Below are positions 1 to 8,510 of a stretch of 33,383 nt of DNA, piece by piece. The stretch is from Candidatus Aminicenantes bacterium (GTDB lineage: Bacteria; Acidobacteriota; Aminicenantia; Aminicenantales; Saccharicenantaceae). Positions within the stretch are counted from its first letter, which is position 1. Each line of letters begins with the position of its first letter. Below the pieces are notes generated by a model. The model ran no database searches and was not told the origin of the DNA. It saw nothing but the letters and a program-made list of their open reading frames with translations. Made by a program: the position numbers and the translations under genes. Where the stretch lies: the NCBI GenBank assembly GCA_037441295.1, contig JBBISK010000002.1:1-33383 (forward strand). The letters are read 5' to 3'.

Positions 1-185
1 GGCTCCGGGACCTTGAGCGTCGCGACCTGGTTGACCGGCGTGGGCACGCCGTAGTAGCTGACCTTGATCTCCTCGAAGATGGCGATGTTGGCCCGCCCCG
101 TCCGGAGCATGCCCAGCTCCTTGCGGAAATGGTCGGTCGAAGCCTTCATCTTCTTTTCGAGGTCCTTGAGCACGTCCTTGACCAT
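1..185 (-). CDS. frr: Ribosome recycling factor (3' part runs off window)
   Basis: ATG at 185 after GGAGGGGAAGG; translates MVKDVLKDLEKKMKASTDHFRKELGMLRTGRAN...YYGVPTPVNQVA, with the RRF RTGRA and YYG motifs; directly downstream of pyrH. Confidence 0.95.
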   Translation of the reverse strand, partial: MVKDVLKDLEKKMKASTDHFRKELGMLRTGRANIAIFEEIKVSYYGVPTPVNQVATLKVPE

Positions 186-201
186 GGCCTTCCCCTCCCG
201 T

Positions 202-915
202 TCAGTAGACCTTGGTGCCGATGGCCTCGCCGCAAACGGCACGGCGGAGGGCGTCCTTGCCGTTGAGGTCGAAGACGACGATCGGCATGGCGTTGTCCCG
301 GCAGAGGGAGATGGCCGTCGCGTCCATGACCTTCAGCCCCTTCTTGAGGACGTCGAGGTAGCGGATGGACTTGAACCGGCGGGCCTTCGGGTCGACCATC
401 GGGTCGGCCGTGTAGACGCCGTCGACCTTGGTCGCCTTGAGGATGACGTCGGCGTGGATCTCCAGGGCCCGCTGGGCGGCGGCCGTGTCGGTCGTGAAGA
501 AGGGGCTGCCGATGCCGGCCGAGAAGATGATGACCCGGCCCTTCTCGAGGTGGCGGATGACGCGCCGCCGGATGAAGGGCTCGGCGAGCGAGCGGATCTC
601 GATGGCCGAGACGTGGCGGGTGTCGACGCCCTCCTTCTCCAGGGCCGCCTGGAGGGCGATGCCGTTGATGACCGTGGCCAGCATCCCCATCTGGTCGGCC
701 GAGGCCTGGTCGATGCCGACCTTGGTCCCCCGGACGCCGCGGAAGATGTTGCCGCCGCCGATCATGACGGCAATGCCGACCCCCAGGTCGCGGACGGCCT
801 TGAGGTCCCGGGCGATGGCCAGGGCCCGGTCGAAGTCGATGCCGTAGGACTGGTCGCCGAGGAGGGACTCGCCGGAGAGCTTCAGGAGGATCCTCTTGTA
901 CACCGGCTTAGCCAT
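202..915 (-). CDS. pyrH: UMP kinase
   Basis: True start ATG at 915 ([16 protein letters not shown]) with AGGAGG upstream; [16 protein letters not shown] and [10 protein letters not shown] motifs; C-terminal part of the 520-aa track ORF. Confidence 0.97.
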   Translation of the reverse strand: MAKPVYKRILLKLSGESLLGDQSYGIDFDRALAIARDLKAVRDLGVGIAVMIGGGNIFRGVRGTKVGIDQASADQMGMLATVINGIALQAALEKEGVDTRHVSAIEIRSLAEPFIRRRVIRHLEKGRVIIFSAGIGSPFFTTDTAAAQRALEIHADVILKATKVDGVYTADPMVDPKARRFKSIRYLDVLKKGLKVMDATAISLCRDNAMPIVVFDLNGKDALRRAVCGEAIGTKVY

Positions 916-956
916 GGGCGCGGCCCTCCTCTCAGTCCCGGTCGCGGGACCGGCGG

Positions 957-1553
957 TCATTCCTGTCCGATCTCGAAGCGCGCGAACCGTCCGACCTTGA
1001 TGTTCTCGCCCATCTTGGCGACAAGCTGGGTGATGAGGTCGCGGACCTTGATCTTGTCCTCGCGGATGTACGGCTGTTCGAGGAGGCAGACCTCCTCGAA
1101 GAACTTGAGCAGCTTGCCGTTGACGATCTTCTCCATGATCTCGGGCGGCTTCTTCATGTCGCCGAGCTGGGCCTGGATGATCTCCTTCTCCTTGGCGACG
1201 ATGTGCGGCGGGACGTCGACGGCGGCGATCCAGCGCGGCTTGGCCGCCGCGATCTGCATGGAGATCTCCTTGACCAGCTCCTGGAACTGGGCGTTCCGGG
1301 CGACGAAGTCCGATTCGCAGTTGACCTCGACCAGGACACCGATCCGGCCGTTCATATGGATGTAGGAGCCGACCAGGCCTTCCTTGGCCGCCCGGATGGA
1401 CTTGGCCTCGGCCCGGGCGTAGCCCTTCTTGCGCAGGATCTCGATGGCCTTGTCCATGTCGCAACCGGACTCGGCCAGGGCGGCCTTGCATTCCATCATG
1501 CCGATGCCGGTCCGTTCGCGCAGCTCTTTGACTTTTTCCGCCGTGACTTCCAT
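957..1553 (-). CDS. tsf: Translation elongation factor Ts (short, 198-aa form)
   Basis: [19 protein letters not shown] and [12 protein letters not shown] motifs; lies between rpsB and pyrH. Confidence 0.97.
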   Translation of the reverse strand: MEVTAEKVKELRERTGIGMMECKAALAESGCDMDKAIEILRKKGYARAEAKSIRAAKEGLVGSYIHMNGRIGVLVEVNCESDFVARNAQFQELVKEISMQIAAAKPRWIAAVDVPPHIVAKEKEIIQAQLGDMKKPPEIMEKIVNGKLLKFFEEVCLLEQPYIREDKIKVRDLITQLVAKMGENIKVGRFARFEIGQE

Positions 1554-1588
1554 AGCTCACTCCTCGACCGCCGGGCGCGCCGGACGGC

Positions 1589-2377
1589 CTATTTCTCCTT
1601 GTCCGCCGCCGTGCCCATTCCGGCCTCCTCTGCGGAGGCGTTCTCCGCGGCCGGGGCCCCGCCCTTCTTCTGGTCGAGCAGCTCCTTGCTGATCCGGCTC
1701 TTCTTGCCCTCGACGACCGACTCCGCGACCTTGGAGACGAACAGCTCGATGGCCCGGACGGCATCGTCGTTCCCCGGGATGGGGTAGGCGACGGCCTCGG
1801 GGTCGCCGTTGGTGTCGACCACGGCCACGATCGGGATGCCCATCTTCTGGGCCTCCTTGATGGCGATGTCCTCCTTCGAGGAGTCGATGATGAAGAGGGC
1901 GCCCGGCAGCTCGCTCATCGTCTTGAGGCCGCCGAGGTTCTTCTGGAGCTTGCGGTAGACCTTCTCGAGCTTGGACTGCTCCTTCTTGGCCAGGAGGTCC
2001 CACCGCCCGTCCTCCTTCATCTCCTCGAGCTCCTTGAGCTTGTCGACGCTCGTCCGGACGACGGCGAAGTTCGTCAGCAGCCCGCCCAGCCAGCGCTGGT
2101 TGACGTAGGACGACTCGCACTTCATGGCGTAGTCACGGACGATGTCCTGGGCCTGCTTCTTCGTCCCGACGAAGAGGATGGTCTTGCCCTCCTCGGCCAG
2201 GCCGCGGATGAAGGCCAGGGCCTCCTTGAAGTTCTTGATCGTCTTCTGCAGGTCGACGATATAGATGCCGTTGCGCTGCCCGAAGATGTATTCCTTCATC
2301 TTGGGGTTCCAGCGCTTCGTCTGGTGGCCGAAATGGACACCCGCCTCCAATAGTTCCTTCATTGTCACTGAAACCAA
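1589..2377 (-). CDS. rpsB: 30S ribosomal protein S2
   Basis: [32 protein letters not shown] and [10 protein letters not shown] motifs; TTG start with GGGAGG upstream. Confidence 0.98.
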   Translation of the reverse strand: MVSVTMKELLEAGVHFGHQTKRWNPKMKEYIFGQRNGIYIVDLQKTIKNFKEALAFIRGLAEEGKTILFVGTKKQAQDIVRDYAMKCESSYVNQRWLGGLLTNFAVVRTSVDKLKELEEMKEDGRWDLLAKKEQSKLEKVYRKLQKNLGGLKTMSELPGALFIIDSSKEDIAIKEAQKMGIPIVAVVDTNGDPEAVAYPIPGNDDAVRAIELFVSKVAESVVEGKKSRISKELLDQKKGGAPAAENASAEEAGMGTAADKEK

Positions 2378-2409
2378 CTCGAGCCTCCCCTTCTTCCTTC
2401 TCCGCGATG

Positions 2410-2814
2410 TTAACGCTTATGGTACTGCGGAGCCTTGCGGGCGCCCAGCAACCCATACTTCTTGCGTTCCTTGACCCGGGCGTCCCGCGTCAGCAGGCTG
2501 GCCTGCTTGAGGACGGGCCTGAGCTCCCGGTTGAACTCGATCAGGGCCCGGGCGATGCCGAGCCGGATGGCCTCGGCCTGCCCCTTGGCGCCCCCGCCGC
2601 TGACCCGGAGGAAGATGTCGAACTTGTTGTCCGTCTCCGTGAGGAGCAGCGGCTGCCGGATGATGTTCCGGTGGGGTTCCAGGCGGAAGTAATCGGCGAA
2701 CGGCCGCGGCCGCTTGTTGACGTAGAGAGTGATGTCGCCCTTTCCGGAGCGCAGGAAGACGCGGGCGATCGACGATTTCCGTTTTCCCGTGCCGTAGTAC
2801 TGGATGAGACTCAT
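2410..2814 (-). CDS. rpsI: 30S ribosomal protein S9
   Basis: ATG at 2814 ([19 protein letters not shown]) after AGGAGG; [15 protein letters not shown]...[11 protein letters not shown]-terminus. Confidence 0.97.
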   Translation of the reverse strand: MSLIQYYGTGKRKSSIARVFLRSGKGDITLYVNKRPRPFADYFRLEPHRNIIRQPLLLTETDNKFDIFLRVSGGGAKGQAEAIRLGIARALIEFNRELRPVLKQASLLTRDARVKERKKYGLLGARKAPQYHKR

Positions 2815-2822
2815 GGGGCCTC

Positions 2823-3251
2823 CTAGATCGGGTATTGCCGGGGATTCTGGGCCTCGTGGGGGTGGTTGGGCCCGCGATAGACCTTGAGCTTCTGGTAAAT
2901 GGACCGGCCGAGCTTGCCCTTGGGGATCATCCCCCAGACCGCCCTCTTGATGACCTCCTCCGGCCGGCGGGCGAGGAGGTCCTTGAGCGTCTCCTCCTTG
3001 AGGCCGCCGGGGTACTGGGAGTGGCGGTAGTAGGTCTTCTGGTCGAGCTTGCGGCCCGTGACCCTGACCTTCTCGGCGTTGATGACGACGACGAAGTCGC
3101 CCGTGTCGAGGTGGCTCGTGAACTGGGGCTTCTTCTTGCCCCGGATGAGCTCGGCGACCTGGGTCGCCAGGCGGCCCAGGACCTTGCCGTCGGCGTCGAC
3201 GAGCCACCAGGTCTTCTCGATATCGTCCTTTTTTGGAATAAACGTCCTCAT
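2823..3251 (-). CDS. rplM: 50S ribosomal protein L13
   Basis: [28 protein letters not shown] and HPHEAQNP motifs. Confidence 0.98.
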   Translation of the reverse strand: MRTFIPKKDDIEKTWWLVDADGKVLGRLATQVAELIRGKKKPQFTSHLDTGDFVVVINAEKVRVTGRKLDQKTYYRHSQYPGGLKEETLKDLLARRPEEVIKRAVWGMIPKGKLGRSIYQKLKVYRGPNHPHEAQNPRQYPI

Positions 3252-3289
3252 GGGTCTCTAACCTTTAAGCAGAGATTGAGTGATTCAAT

Positions 3290-3318
3290 AAAATACTAAA
3301 TTGGGAGGGAATTGTCAA
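3290..3318 (-). promoter_or_regulatory. sigma70-type promoter of rplM operon
   Basis: TTGACA (3318-3313), 17-nt spacer, TATTTT (3295-3290), in an AT-rich patch upstream of rplM. Confidence 0.7.
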
Positions 3319-3319
3319 C

Positions 3320-3976
3320 TTAGGCGGCCCTCGGCGACCGCCTGCGGAGGGCGGGCAGGATCAAGCCGATGCCGGCCAGGAACCCCCCGATATGGGCGAA
3401 CCAGGCGACGCCCCCGCCCATGCCGGCGCTCAGGAGCTGGGTCAGGAACCACACTCCGAGGACGATCCCGGCCGGCACGGGGACGATGAAGATGAGGATC
3501 AGCGTCAGGACGCGCGCCCGGGGGAAAAGGACCCAGTAGGCGCCGAGGACCCCGGCGATGGCCCCGCTCGCCCCGACCATCGGCAGCCGCGACCCCGGCC
3601 CGGCCACGACCTGGGCCAGCTCCGCCGCGAGACCGCAGGCAAAATAGAACAGGATGAAGCGGAACGGCCCCAGAGTGTCCTCGATGTTGTTGCCGAAGAT
3701 CCAGAGATAGAGCATGTTCCCGAGGAGGTGGAGCAGGCCGGCGTGGACGAACATGCTCGTCAGCAGGGTCAGGAGCGGCGGGACGGGGACAGCCGGGGCC
3801 TGCGACAGGAAGTGAGTGATGGCGTAGGGGACGGCGCCGAACTTGAGGACGCTCCCCTGGATCCCGCCCGGCGACAGGACGCCCATCGCGAAAACGCCGA
3901 CGTTCGCGGCGATGAGGAGGATGGTGACGAGCGGGAAGTGCCGGGTGGGGTTCTCGTCATGCAGCGGGATGAACAT
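3320..3976 (-). CDS. Rhomboid family intramembrane serine protease
   Basis: HLLGNMLYLWIFG, catalytic GASGAIAG and AHIGGF motifs; several TM helices. Confidence 0.93.
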   Translation of the reverse strand: MFIPLHDENPTRHFPLVTILLIAANVGVFAMGVLSPGGIQGSVLKFGAVPYAITHFLSQAPAVPVPPLLTLLTSMFVHAGLLHLLGNMLYLWIFGNNIEDTLGPFRFILFYFACGLAAELAQVVAGPGSRLPMVGASGAIAGVLGAYWVLFPRARVLTLILIFIVPVPAGIVLGVWFLTQLLSAGMGGGVAWFAHIGGFLAGIGLILPALRRRSPRAA

Positions 3977-4000
3977 CGGCTCCTGCTCTCCTCCCCGGCC

Positions 4001-4040
4001 AAAAAAAAATCGCGCCCCGCCCGGACAGACGGGGCGCGAT
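4001..4040 (-). terminator. Rho-independent terminator after TPR lipoprotein gene
   Basis: Minus strand reads ATCGCGCCCCG-TCTGTCCGGG-CGGGGCGCGAT followed by a T run. Confidence 0.85.
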
Positions 4041-4060
4041 AGCCGGCCGTTCGCTCGGGA

Positions 4061-5065
4061 TCAGGTCGTTTTTTTCAGCTCTTCCTCGAGCTTCTTGCGC
4101 GCGGCGATCCTCTTTCTGAGGTCGTTGAACTTATCGATGGCCTTGTCGGCCTCGGCGATGTACCGGGCCTCTTTTTCCTCCTCGAGCTTCGAAAGCGTGC
4201 TTCGGTAGAGGACGCTCAGGTAGGCGTACGGCTCGGGATAGTTCGGGTCGATCGAAATGGCCTTCTGCAGGGTTTTCATGCATTCGTTGGCCGTGGCCAG
4301 CCGGGCTTCCTTCGGCAGGAACTGGAAGCGGTACGACCGGGACCACTGATTGATGCCCAGGGCCAGCCAGGCCTCGGCGGAGTTGGGCTGCAGGGCGATG
4401 ATCCGGTTCCGGTACTCGGCGGCCGTCTCGAAATACTTCAGCAGAGTGTTCGGCTCGGAGGACTGGAGGGACTCGAGATAGCTGGCCATATAGGCGTAGC
4501 CCTGGGGGTTCTCCGGGTCGGCCTCGATGCGGCGGAGGTACATGGACTCGGCCTTCTGGGCGATCTCCTTCTTCTCCCCGGCATAGCGCTTGTAGAACTC
4601 GGCCAGGACGTAGTAGTTGCTCATGTTGGCCGGCTCGAGCTCGAGGATGCGCAGGTAGAGCTTCTCGGCCCTGGGGAAGTCCCGGAGCTTGTCGTACATG
4701 TCGCCGAGCGAGTAGATGATGTCCTTATTATTGGGCTCGATCTCGAGGGCCTTGTTGAGGGCCTCGATGGCCTTGTTCTTCTTGTCCAGGTTCTCGGCGG
4801 CGTTGACGCCGGGCTTATAGAGCTGCTTGTAGCTCTCTCCGAGGAAGCGGTAGGCCTGGGTCATCATCGGGTTGTTCTTGAGCGTCAGCTCGTACTCGGT
4901 GATGGCCTTGCGGTACTGGTTCTCGGTGAAGAACCGGTTGGCCTTGGAGAAATGGTAGTTCGCGGAGAGCTTCGAAACGCTCAGGTCCCCGCAGGCGGCG
5001 GCCGTCAGCACCAGGGCGACCGCGGTCACGGCGAGGACGCCACCGTTTATCCTTTGACGAAACAT
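4061..5065 (-). CDS. Tetratricopeptide-repeat lipoprotein
   Basis: Signal peptide with lipobox-like TAAAC; repeated TPR-like helix pairs (KAIEALNKALEIEPNN, AEKLYLRILELEPAN, LQKAISIDPNY); AAGGAGG RBS. Confidence 0.85.
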   Translation of the reverse strand: MFRQRINGGVLAVTAVALVLTAAACGDLSVSKLSANYHFSKANRFFTENQYRKAITEYELTLKNNPMMTQAYRFLGESYKQLYKPGVNAAENLDKKNKAIEALNKALEIEPNNKDIIYSLGDMYDKLRDFPRAEKLYLRILELEPANMSNYYVLAEFYKRYAGEKKEIAQKAESMYLRRIEADPENPQGYAYMASYLESLQSSEPNTLLKYFETAAEYRNRIIALQPNSAEAWLALGINQWSRSYRFQFLPKEARLATANECMKTLQKAISIDPNYPEPYAYLSVLYRSTLSKLEEEKEARYIAEADKAIDKFNDLRKRIAARKKLEEELKKTT

Positions 5066-5123
5066 CCTGACCTCCTTAAGTTCTCGGCATCAGTCCGTGG
5101 TGGCGAGAGAGGACTAAAGAGAA

Positions 5124-5152
5124 TTTATAAACGAACAGCCGGTTAAAGTCAA
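5124..5152 (-). promoter_or_regulatory. Putative sigma70 promoter of TPR gene
   Basis: TTGACT (5152-5147), 17-nt spacer, TATAAA (5129-5124). Confidence 0.55.
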
Positions 5153-5276
5153 CCCCGTTCATGGAAGTCCACGAACGGTGCCGTCGCTCCGAAGCCCGCT
5201 AAAGCCGGGCTCTCTGGGCAACTGCAGGGTTCAAGCGTCGGGACCCCCGACCGTCCGCTGGCGGAGCTCCAGGGAC
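5130..5276 (-). ncRNA. Candidate structured RNA (possibly 6S-like or cis-regulatory)
   Basis: Several helices whose mismatches become G-U pairs on the minus strand: long stem-loop 5226-5179, hairpin 5178-5155, and a 13-bp long-range pairing 5259-5247 with 5142-5130; family not identified. Confidence 0.35.
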
Positions 5277-5295
5277 AAAGCGGCTTACGGCTTCC

Positions 5296-6612
5296 TCAGC
5301 GCGAGCGGACGAAGAGGCGGAGCGGGGTCCCTTCGAAGCCGAAGGCCCGTCGCAGCTCCTCGAGGAAATGCTTCTCGTAGGACGGGGAGAGCGGCCCGCC
5401 GCTGCCGGTGAAGAGGACGAACGTCGGCGGCAGGACGCCCTTTTGGGTCATGTAGCGGAGCTTGGCCCTGGCCCCGCTCTTCAGCCGGGGGGGATGGGCC
5501 TCCGCGACGCGGGCCAGGAAGTCGTTGAGCTTGGAGGTTTCGACCCGGCGCGAGGCATTGGCGTAGACCTTCTCGGCCAGGTCGAGGATCTTCACCACCC
5601 GCTGGCCGGTCGCCGCCGACGTGAAGACGAGAGGGGCGTAGCTGACGAAGGAGAGCTTCCGGTAGACGGCCTCGCGGAAGACGTCCGGCTCGACGGCCCT
5701 CGTGTCCACCAGGTCCCACTTGTTGAGGGCCAGGACCAGGGGCTTGCCGGAGTCTTGGGCCAGCTGGGCGATGTGGGCGTCCTGGCGGGTCGGGAACTCG
5801 CGGACGTCGAGGACCAGGCAGATGACGTCCGCATCGCGGATATTCGCCCGGGCCCGGATGATGCCGGCCTTCTCCCGGCTGTCCCGCGTCGCGGCGAGCT
5901 TGCGGATGCCGGCCGTGTCGACCAGGCAGAACACCTTTCCGTCGCGGACGACGAGGGTGTCGGTGCTGTCGCGGGTCGTGCCCGGGACCTCGTCGACCAG
6001 GAGCCGCTCCTCGCCGACGAGGCGGTTGACGATCGAGGACTTGCCGACGTTGGCCCGGCCGACGATGGCCACCCGCAGCGGCGACGAGGCCTCGGCCCCC
6101 GCACCCGTCTCAGGCAGGACCGAGGCCAGGGCCTCTTCGAGGAGCCCGATGTTGCGCTTGTGCTCGGCCGAGACGAAGAGGACGTCCTTCTCCCCCAGCC
6201 GGTAATACTCGGCCGTGCCCCTCTCCTCCTGGAGCGGCGAGTCGAACTTGTTGACGACGAGAAGGACGGGCTTGCCGAGCTTCTTGAGCGAGCGGAAGAG
6301 CTCTTCCTCGGCCGGGGCGACGTCGCGCTTGCCGTCGAGGACGAACAGGATGACGTCCGCCGCCTCGGCCTCCCGCCAGGCCCGGGCCCGGACCTTCTCG
6401 CTCAGCGGCTCGTCGGCGACGCCGAAGAGCCCGCCCGTGTCGATGAGGAGGAAGCTCCGGCCGGCGACCGTGCAGGGCGCGGTCAGGCTGTCCCGCGTCA
6501 TGCCGGGCTCGGCATGGACAAGGGACCTCTTCCGGCCCAGGATGCGGTTGAAAAGAGTGGATTTGCCGACGTTCGGGAAGCCGACGATGGCGACCCGGGG
6601 GAGGTTCTTCAC
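5296..6612 (-). CDS. der: Ribosome biogenesis GTPase Der (EngA)
   Basis: Two tandem G domains (GFPNVGKS/DTGG/NKFD and GRANVGKS/DTAG/NKWD) plus a C-terminal KH-like domain (PPTFVLF...FGFEGTP). Confidence 0.96.
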   Translation of the reverse strand: MKNLPRVAIVGFPNVGKSTLFNRILGRKRSLVHAEPGMTRDSLTAPCTVAGRSFLLIDTGGLFGVADEPLSEKVRARAWREAEAADVILFVLDGKRDVAPAEEELFRSLKKLGKPVLLVVNKFDSPLQEERGTAEYYRLGEKDVLFVSAEHKRNIGLLEEALASVLPETGAGAEASSPLRVAIVGRANVGKSSIVNRLVGEERLLVDEVPGTTRDSTDTLVVRDGKVFCLVDTAGIRKLAATRDSREKAGIIRARANIRDADVICLVLDVREFPTRQDAHIAQLAQDSGKPLVLALNKWDLVDTRAVEPDVFREAVYRKLSFVSYAPLVFTSAATGQRVVKILDLAEKVYANASRRVETSKLNDFLARVAEAHPPRLKSGARAKLRYMTQKGVLPPTFVLFTGSGGPLSPSYEKHFLEELRRAFGFEGTPLRLFVRSR

Positions 6613-6623
6613 GGCCCCCCGCT

Positions 6624-7241
6624 CTACTTCGCCACGATGGAATAGTCGGGGGCGAAGGCCTGGGTGAGGTCGATGTGGCCGCCGAGCGTCTCCTTCTCCG
6701 CGCCCTCGACCAGGATGGCCACCTTCCTGACCGTCTTGAAATTGGCGGCCAGCGTGTCGACCACGGCGAAGACGGCGGCGAGCTCGGAGGTCGAGCCGTA
6801 GGAGAATTTCTCCATGATCTCGCGGCCGAAGTCGACGTAGGCCGTGCCCTCCTTGGTGATGAAGACCTGGCGGACGCGCGTCTCCGGCGGGAGGGGCGAG
6901 ACGAGCCCGGCCGTCGAGCCCTTGACGAGCTCGGCCAGGGCCCGCTCGGCCTCGTCGGCGGCCGAGGGCCCGGCGGCGATCTCGCGCGACTCGGCGTGGA
7001 GAAGGTCGTCGGCGTCGGAGAGGAAGTAGAGGGTCACCGTCCGGCGGGCGGACGGCTCGGCGGCTGGCGGGGGAGCCGGCGCCTTGGCCTCGGCGACCTC
7101 GGCCCGCCGGCGGACCTTCTCCCGCTCTCCGCCCGTGAAGAAGACGATGGCCAGGACGGCCAGGACGACAAGGAGCCCGGCCAGGACGAGGATCGGCCCC
7201 CAGCTCCTATTAGGCGTCTTTCCTTCGGCTTCCTTGACCAT
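6624..7241 (-). CDS. GerMN domain membrane protein
   Basis: N-terminal TM anchor, Pro/Ala linker, then VTLYF...LAELVKG...PLP..TRV...AYVDF...VVDTL...VAILVEG...TLGGHIDL; typical position after an amidase gene. Confidence 0.85.
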   Translation of the reverse strand: MVKEAEGKTPNRSWGPILVLAGLLVVLAVLAIVFFTGGEREKVRRRAEVAEAKAPAPPPAAEPSARRTVTLYFLSDADDLLHAESREIAAGPSAADEAERALAELVKGSTAGLVSPLPPETRVRQVFITKEGTAYVDFGREIMEKFSYGSTSELAAVFAVVDTLAANFKTVRKVAILVEGAEKETLGGHIDLTQAFAPDYSIVAK

Positions 7242-7247
7242 GGAGGT

Positions 7248-8057
7248 TCACGGGTAGAGCTGGAGGTATTTCGAGAGGCCCCGGTAGATGGCCTCGGCGA
7301 CGCTCGCCTGGAACTCGTCGGTCGCCAGCTTCTTCTCGTCGGGGTTGGAGATGAAGGCGGCCTCGATGAGGACGGCCGGGCAGGCGACGCCGGTCAGGAC
7401 CTTGAACGGCGCCTGCTTGATGCCGCGGTTCCGGGTGCCGAGGAGCGAGTTCAGCTCGGCCTGGATGAGGTCGGCCAGCTGGCTGCTCTGCCGGATGTAG
7501 GCGGTCTGGGCCATGTCCCAGAGGATCATCTTGACGTCGTCCTCGCTCTTGCGGTCGGCGTGCTCCTCGATCCGGGAGCCGTTGTTCTCGAGATAGGCCA
7601 GCCGCCGCGTCTCCTCGTCCGGCGTCGGCCCGCTGCTCAGGAAGAAGGTCTCCGAGCCTTCGGCGGCCTTCTGCCTGGAGCCGTTCGTGTGGATGCTGAT
7701 GAAGAGGTCGGCCTTGACGTTGTTGGCCACCGCCGCCCGGCTCTCGACGGGGACGTCGATGTCCTTGTCCCGGGTCAGGACGACCTGGAAGGCCATGTTC
7801 TTCTCGATGAGGGTCTTGAGCTTAAGGGCGATGGACAGGGTGATGTCCTTCTCGACGTGGCCGAGCTTGCCCTTGGCCCCGATCTCCATGCCGCCGTGGC
7901 CGGGGTCGATGACGACGGTGCGGAGCTTCTTCGCTTCGGCCCGCGGCGGCGCGCCGGGGGCCTCCGGGCCTCGTGCCGTCCGGCCGGAGACGAGGGCGGC
8001 GAGAAGGAGGAGGACGAGGAGGGAGGCGGCGGGCGTGCCGCGGCGCTTTCTATCCAT
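7248..8057 (-). CDS. N-acetylmuramoyl-L-alanine amidase (Amidase_3)
   Basis: ATG at 8057 after GGAAAGGA; signal peptide; zinc/catalytic motifs IDPGHGG, EKDITL, FISIHTN and VLIEAAFISN. Confidence 0.92.
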   Translation of the reverse strand: MDRKRRGTPAASLLVLLLLAALVSGRTARGPEAPGAPPRAEAKKLRTVVIDPGHGGMEIGAKGKLGHVEKDITLSIALKLKTLIEKNMAFQVVLTRDKDIDVPVESRAAVANNVKADLFISIHTNGSRQKAAEGSETFFLSSGPTPDEETRRLAYLENNGSRIEEHADRKSEDDVKMILWDMAQTAYIRQSSQLADLIQAELNSLLGTRNRGIKQAPFKVLTGVACPAVLIEAAFISNPDEKKLATDEFQASVAEAIYRGLSKYLQLYP

Positions 8058-8080
8058 CTGTCCTTTCCGCAATGTCAAAA

Positions 8081-8432
8081 TGGTGGAGGCGGCGGGAATC
8101 GAACCCGCGTCCTAAGGCATTCGACAGCGAGTGCCTACATGCTTATCCTCTTCGGACGTCTCGTCCCGCGGCTCCCGAAGAGGAAGAGGACCGCGGGACC
8201 AACCCCGAAGTTTTTTCGCTCGCCGGCCTCAGGGTCTGACCGGTCCGCTATCCTGCTGGGTCGACGCTCCCGAAACCCCGCAGGAGAGGGCGCCGGGAAC
8301 GGCGTGCCTTTCTATCAGGCCGCGACTGCTAAAGGTTCTGCAGTTAATTGTTTCCACCGGTTTTACGAGGATGGGTGGGACCTCGGCATGCCACTCGTGC
8401 CTCATTACCTCCGTCGAGACCAATTCGCCCCC
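8081..8432 (-). ncRNA. ssrA: tmRNA; tag peptide (A)AEPLAVAA encoded at 8341-8315
   Basis: 5' GGGGGCGAATTGGTCTCGAC; 3' T-arm GCGGGTTCGATTCCCGC and acceptor CGCCTCCACCA; resume context TAACT-GCA; tag ends in AA followed by TGA TAG; 352 nt. Confidence 0.97.
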
Positions 8433-8466
8433 ACGCTCCTTTATGATCGGCTTGGGAGCCGCCTTC

Positions 8467-8495
8467 ATTATAGGAGGGGCCCGCCGGGGTGTCAA
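8467..8495 (-). promoter_or_regulatory. Consensus sigma70 promoter of ssrA
   Basis: TTGACA (8495-8490), 17-nt spacer, TATAAT (8472-8467): perfect consensus. Confidence 0.92.
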
Positions 8496-8510
8496 CCTGG
8501 CCGGGGAGGG

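Noticed and set aside
5200-5240. SRP RNA, tRNA-Sec, TPP or cobalamin riboswitch as the identity of the der-TPR intergenic structure
   Set aside because: The diagnostic motifs (GGAAGGAAGCA, UCA anticodon with T-arm, CUGAGA, B12 box) are absent
8073-8078. TTGACA immediately after the tmRNA 3' end
   Set aside because: No -10 match at 16-19 nt spacing, and any start site would fall inside the amidase CDS
8081-8112. tRNA-like T-arm and CCA end, or a possible att-site duplicate
   Set aside because: It is the 3' tRNA-like domain of the full tmRNA; no second copy or integrase was seen in the window
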